43,272 nt of DNA from Elusimicrobiota bacterium (GTDB lineage: Bacteria > CG03), in contig JAYEJT010000115.1 in NCBI GenBank assembly GCA_034660675.1, positions 1-43,272 of the forward strand. The letters are read 5' to 3'. How positions within the stretch are numbered: the stretch's first letter is position 1; each line of letters opens with the position of its first letter. The position numbers and the translations under genes were made by a program. Shown here piece by piece: positions 40,008-43,272 of this stretch. A model generated the notes under the pieces. That model had not been told where the DNA came from, made no database searches, and saw only the letters and a program-made list of their open reading frames with translations.

Positions 40008-41504
40008 TTAACGGGGACGGTTCTGGTTTTTCTTCCCATTTTTCTTAAACCAGAACCGTCCCCGTTTTCTGATTATGTAATCGGCGGCGTCGGCGAGGTT
40101 CTCAAAATCGCGGCCGAGGAGTATTCCTTTGATCTTCAGCTTGTTTCCGGGAATGAGGTCCCGTTCCCTGTCTCCTATACACCAGCTGCGCCCGGTATCT
40201 ACCCCGAAATCCCAGACCGCTTTTTCAAAAAGCAGGCTGTCCGGCTTTCTGCAGGCGCAGTCTTCCTCAGGTGCGTGAGGGCAGATGTACACGCCTGATA
40301 TTTTTATGCCCTTGCCTGCGAGAATGTTAATTATGGCGTTATTGAATTTATCGGCTTTTCTCCGGCTGAAATAGCCTCTCCCTATGCCCGACTGGTTGCT
40401 TATAATGATAAGAATGTAGCCCGCATCCGATAGTTTTTTTAGGCCTTTTTCCGCTCCCGGCAGAAATTTGAGGTCTTTGATTTCGCAGGTATAACCGTTG
40501 TCAACATTTATTGTCCCGTCTCTGTCAAGAATAACGGCTTTGTTTTTTCCGCTGCCGGGGAAGATCAGATTCACGATGTCTTCGCTGTAGGAGGATGTTG
40601 TTTCAACACTTAATATTTCAGTGTCGAAAACTATGTCTTTGAGTTTAACAGCGTCTTTTGCTGTCGTGAGCCATATGGGTTCTTTAGCCAGTTTGTCAAT
40701 GTCGCTGCCGTTGTACTTGTGATGGTCCCCGAAAGAGATGAATTTTTTCAAGGTGAAACCGCTGTCTTCAAGCAATTTTTTGAAAGAATCAGGTTTGCCT
40801 ATTCCGCAGAAAGCGCTTAGCTCTTTAGTTTTTAGCGTTTCTTCCGGCGCTTTTTCCGCAGTTTTTAGATTTATTATGTCTGTGAGATTCAGCTCTGAGT
40901 TTATGACAGGAGCATTTGTAAACGAGCGTATTTCTCTTTTTAATTTTTCCACAGTTTGTTTTTTGACCAGATTTGATTTGGTGATGAAAATTATGTCGCA
41001 ATGCTTAAGGGATTTTTTCCCTTCTCTCATCAGGCCTTTCCACGGAGAGAGAGCGTCAACAATCAGAATGTCTCTGTCTTTTTCCATCGTGAAATTCTGA
41101 AAAGCGTCATCAAGGACAAAGAATTCGCTTCTGAATTTTCTGCGCGCGAACTTTATCCCTTCAATTCTGTTTTTGGAGACGATGACGGGGGTTTCGGGAA
41201 GTTTTTCCGCCAGCATAACCGCCTCGTCGCCGAAAATTTCAGCTGCCCCGGTTCCCGGTTTTACTTCCGCGGGGCCGGTTATTTTCCCCTTATAACCGCG
41301 GGTGATGACGGCTGTTTTTCTTCTGCCGGAGAGTTGTTTGCACAGATCAATGACAAGGGCTGTTTTTCCTGTTCCGCCCGCGGATATGTTGCCGACAGAA
41401 ATTACAAAACCCGGCATGGTTTCGTTTTGGCGTAAGCCGCTTCTATAAAGAAGGCGGTTCAGCCCTGTTGCCGCAGCGTAGAAAACAGAAACAATTTTAA
41501 ACAT
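40008..41504 (-). CDS. lpxK: Fusion protein: tetraacyldisaccharide 4-prime-kinase (LpxK) + D,D-heptose 1,7-bisphosphate phosphatase (GmhB)
   Basis: The N-terminal roughly 315 aa carry VISVGNISAGGTGKT (LpxK P-loop). Residues about 321-480 carry ILDRDGTIN, NQSGIGRGYF, CPHAPEEDCACRKP and GDRERD (HAD-IIIA GmhB). The last 18 aa are encoded by the palindromic element. Confidence 0.85.
   Translation of the reverse strand: MFKIVSVFYAAATGLNRLLYRSGLRQNETMPGFVISVGNISAGGTGKTALVIDLCKQLSGRRKTAVITRGYKGKITGPAEVKPGTGAAEIFGDEAVMLAEKLPETPVIVSKNRIEGIKFARRKFRSEFFVLDDAFQNFTMEKDRDILIVDALSPWKGLMREGKKSLKHCDIIFITKSNLVKKQTVEKLKREIRSFTNAPVINSELNLTDIINLKTAEKAPEETLKTKELSAFCGIGKPDSFKKLLEDSGFTLKKFISFGDHHKYNGSDIDKLAKEPIWLTTAKDAVKLKDIVFDTEILSVETTSSYSEDIVNLIFPGSGKNKAVILDRDGTINVDNGYTCEIKDLKFLPGAEKGLKKLSDAGYILIIISNQSGIGRGYFSRRKADKFNNAIINILAGKGIKISGVYICPHAPEEDCACRKPDSLLFEKAVWDFGVDTGRSWCIGDRERDLIPGNKLKIKGILLGRDFENLADAADYIIRKRGRFWFKKNGKKNQNRPR
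40010..40066. repeat. Perfect 20-bp inverted repeat (AACGGGGACGGTTCTGGTTT / AAACCAGAACCGTCCCCGTT) with a 17-nt loop
   Basis: Read directly from the sequence. Arms are at 40010-40029 and 40047-40066. It shares the core GGGGACGGTTC/GAACCGTCCCC with the element at 11650-11734. Confidence 0.85.
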
Positions 41505-41547
41505 GGGATATTATAACATTTTTGTCTTTTTTTGCTAAAATGGTTCC
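41505..41547. promoter_or_regulatory. 43-bp divergent intergenic region with back-to-back candidate promoters for lpxK-gmhB (-) and folP (+)
   Basis: The minus strand reads TTAGCA-17-TATAAT-atccc-ATG. The plus strand reads ATAACA-17-TAAAAT-ggttcc-ATG. Neither start has a Shine-Dalgarno sequence. My hand indexing here may be off by 1 nt, so only the interval is given. Confidence 0.35.
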
Positions 41548-42393
41548 ATGGAGTGGATAGTCAAGTCAACCGGGAAAAAATACGTTCTGCCTTTTGGTGA
41601 AAAAACTTTTGTTATGGGGATCATCAACACCTCTCCCGATTCTTTTTCCGGCGACGGGTTGAACTCTTCTGAAGACGCTTTCCGCCAGGCCGAGCGTTTC
41701 ATAAAAGAGGGCGTTGATATCCTTGATGTCGGCGGTCAGTCGACACGTCCGGGATCCGGGAAAGTGGAAATATCCGTTGAAATAGAAAGAACAGCGGAAC
41801 TCATAAAAAAACTTTCGTCAGAATTTGATGTTCCCGTGTCCATTGACACTTACAAATCTCCTGTGGCCGAAGCGGCTCTTGCTGCCGGTGCCGCAATGAT
41901 AAACGATATAAGCGGCGGGATGTTTGATTCCGCCATGGCTCCCCTTGCCGCAGCAGCAGGTCTTCCCGTGATACTCATGCACATAAAAGGAAAACCTGAT
42001 ACCATGCAGAAAGGAGAGATAATTTATGATGATGTCGTTGGTTCTGTGAAAGAGTATCTTTCGGAATGCGTGAACCGGGCTCTTTCCGCGGGCGTTGAAA
42101 AAGACAGGATTATAATTGACCCCGGAATAGGTTTTGGAAAAACGGTGAGTCACAATCTTATAATTCTCAGAAGGCTGCGCGAGCTGAAGGAAACGGGTTT
42201 CCCTCTGCTGGCCGGCGTGTCAAGAAAATCATTTATAGGAAAAATTTTGGGGCTTCCCGAAAACGACAGGCTTGAGGGCACCGCTGCTGCGGTGACGGCG
42301 GCAATATTGAACGGCGCCGACATAATAAGGGTTCATGATGTCAAAGCCATGAAAAGAGTTGCGGTCATTGCCGACGCTATAAGGGGAGGATGA
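41548..42393 (+). CDS. folP: Dihydropteroate synthase
   Basis: MGIINTSPDSFSGDG, DVGGQSTRPG, SIDTYK, INDISGG, DPGIGFGKT and RVHDV. Confidence 0.95.
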   Translation: MEWIVKSTGKKYVLPFGEKTFVMGIINTSPDSFSGDGLNSSEDAFRQAERFIKEGVDILDVGGQSTRPGSGKVEISVEIERTAELIKKLSSEFDVPVSIDTYKSPVAEAALAAGAAMINDISGGMFDSAMAPLAAAAGLPVILMHIKGKPDTMQKGEIIYDDVVGSVKEYLSECVNRALSAGVEKDRIIIDPGIGFGKTVSHNLIILRRLRELKETGFPLLAGVSRKSFIGKILGLPENDRLEGTAAAVTAAILNGADIIRVHDVKAMKRVAVIADAIRGG

Positions 42394-42397
42394 GAAA

Positions 42398-42601
42398 ATG
42401 GATTTTCAGCCGAGACTAAACAAGATAGTCAGAAACAGCGTCTTAGCCGTCGCGGGTGTTATTATCATTATGGTGTTACTTAACCACAGCATAAGACTGA
42501 ATGAAGATGAGTTCAAGCTTCTCGCTTTGCTGGCGGTTCTGGCGGTTATCAGTATTCTTATGTTTTTCTGGGGATGGAGCTTTACGGTATTAAAAGTTTG
42601 A
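42398..42601 (+). CDS. Small two-TM membrane ORF, probably the detached N-terminal membrane anchor of the downstream GIDE protein
   Basis: Two hydrophobic helices (VLAVAGVIIIMVLL and LLALLAVLAVISILMFFWGW). The ORF ends 28 nt after the GIDE frame opens in the +2 frame. Confidence 0.4.
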   Translation: MDFQPRLNKIVRNSVLAVAGVIIIMVLLNHSIRLNEDEFKLLALLAVLAVISILMFFWGWSFTVLKV

Positions 42602-43272
42602 TAGAAAATATTCCCACATCAAAAATACGTTCTATTCCCATGGGAATAGTGGAACTCAAAGGCGAGGCGTTTGCGAAGTATCCGGTGGAAACAAAGTTGA
42701 ACAGCGTAAACTGCGTTTTTTATAAATACAAAGTTGAGAAGATGACCGTCAGAGGTTACGGCAAAAACCGCCGGCGGTCGTGGAAAGTGATTGCCGAGGG
42801 ACAGAGCATAACGCCTTTTTATATCAAGGATTCAACGGGTACCGTGCTGATAGAGCCCTTCAGCTGCGATGCCGCGATTGAGAGAAAATACTATCACTCG
42901 GAAGGTTATCATAACGGCGCCAAAAGATACAGTGAATGGTACATCTCTCCGGGGGAAAAACTCTATGTCATAGGTTATGCCGGAAAAAGCGGCGATGTCA
43001 TGGCCGGGAGAAAGGAGAAACTCCTGACGAGACTGAAAGAAATCAGGGCTTCGGCTGAAGAACGAAAAAAATATGATTTGAACGATGACGGCCGCCTGGA
43101 TGATCACGAATGGCTGATGGCTGTCAGCGACATCAAAAAAGCCATTTCCATTGAAGAAGGAACCGACGGTCTTTGCGATGTGGCGGTGTCGGGGAGAGGC
43201 GCGGACAAGATGCTCATTTCCGACAAGAGCGAGAAAGAGCTTCTGAAAAGATTCACGCTGAAGAGTTTCTTT
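42574..43272 (+). CDS. GIDE-domain (bacterial E3-ubiquitin-ligase-like) protein, partial, runs off the window end
   Basis: Not in the ORF track because it has no stop in the window. Hand translation gives MELYGIKSLIENIPTSKIRSIPMGIVELKGEAFAKYPVETKLNSVNCVFYKYKVEK..., the GIDE signature, plus an EF-hand-like loop DLNDDGRLDDHE. The start is uncertain (see the frameshift finding). Confidence 0.65.
   Translation, partial: MELYGIKSLIENIPTSKIRSIPMGIVELKGEAFAKYPVETKLNSVNCVFYKYKVEKMTVRGYGKNRRRSWKVIAEGQSITPFYIKDSTGTVLIEPFSCDAAIERKYYHSEGYHNGAKRYSEWYISPGEKLYVIGYAGKSGDVMAGRKEKLLTRLKEIRASAEERKKYDLNDDGRLDDHEWLMAVSDIKKAISIEEGTDGLCDVAVSGRGADKMLISDKSEKELLKRFTLKSFF

Noticed and set aside
42832-43107. 91-aa minus-strand ORF.
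   Set aside because: It is antisense to the clearly recognisable GIDE-domain reading frame and has no motif.

Overview
This is an origin-proximal core-genome window from a diderm bacterium. About 40 genes between 1 and 41504 lie on the minus strand, tightly packed and often with 1-4 nt overlaps. The only plus-strand items are a tRNA-Thr at 7.5 kb and folP plus a GIDE-domain gene after 41.5 kb.

Gene content, left to right:
- partial FKBP-type PPIase lipoprotein
- LPS inner-core block: two GT9 heptosyltransferases, an RCK K+ channel and waaA
- thiamine block: ThiD2-like gene, thiC and an orphan fumarase-beta-like gene
- tRNA-Thr and a YaeQ-like gene
- three-gene sphingoid-lipid signature: alpha-oxoamine synthase, GNAT acyltransferase and SDR-type reductase
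- proB, obg, rpmA and rplU directly downstream of rpoC, rpoB, rplL, rplJ, rplA, rplK, nusG and secE
- serS, then an orphan brnA antitoxin with a truncated brnT remnant
- gyrA interrupted by a 456-aa LAGLIDADG intein, then gyrB
- DUF721/DciA-like gene, dnaN and dnaA
- kdsD, kdsA, kdsB, heptose kinase and an lpxK-gmhB fusion

The most notable observations:
- a gyrA intein at a site different from the mycobacterial one
- a candidate bacterial ceramide-type lipid cluster
- two copies of a perfect 20-21 bp palindromic element that share an 11-nt core and supply the stop codons of upstream genes
- a bipartite origin-like architecture around dnaA, with a consensus promoter, a phased DnaA-box array and a DnaA-trio-like unwinding module
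- several apparently leaderless operon starts
- a likely frameshift in the GIDE gene

All calls come from reading the translations and the sequence by eye. No database search or folding computation was run.
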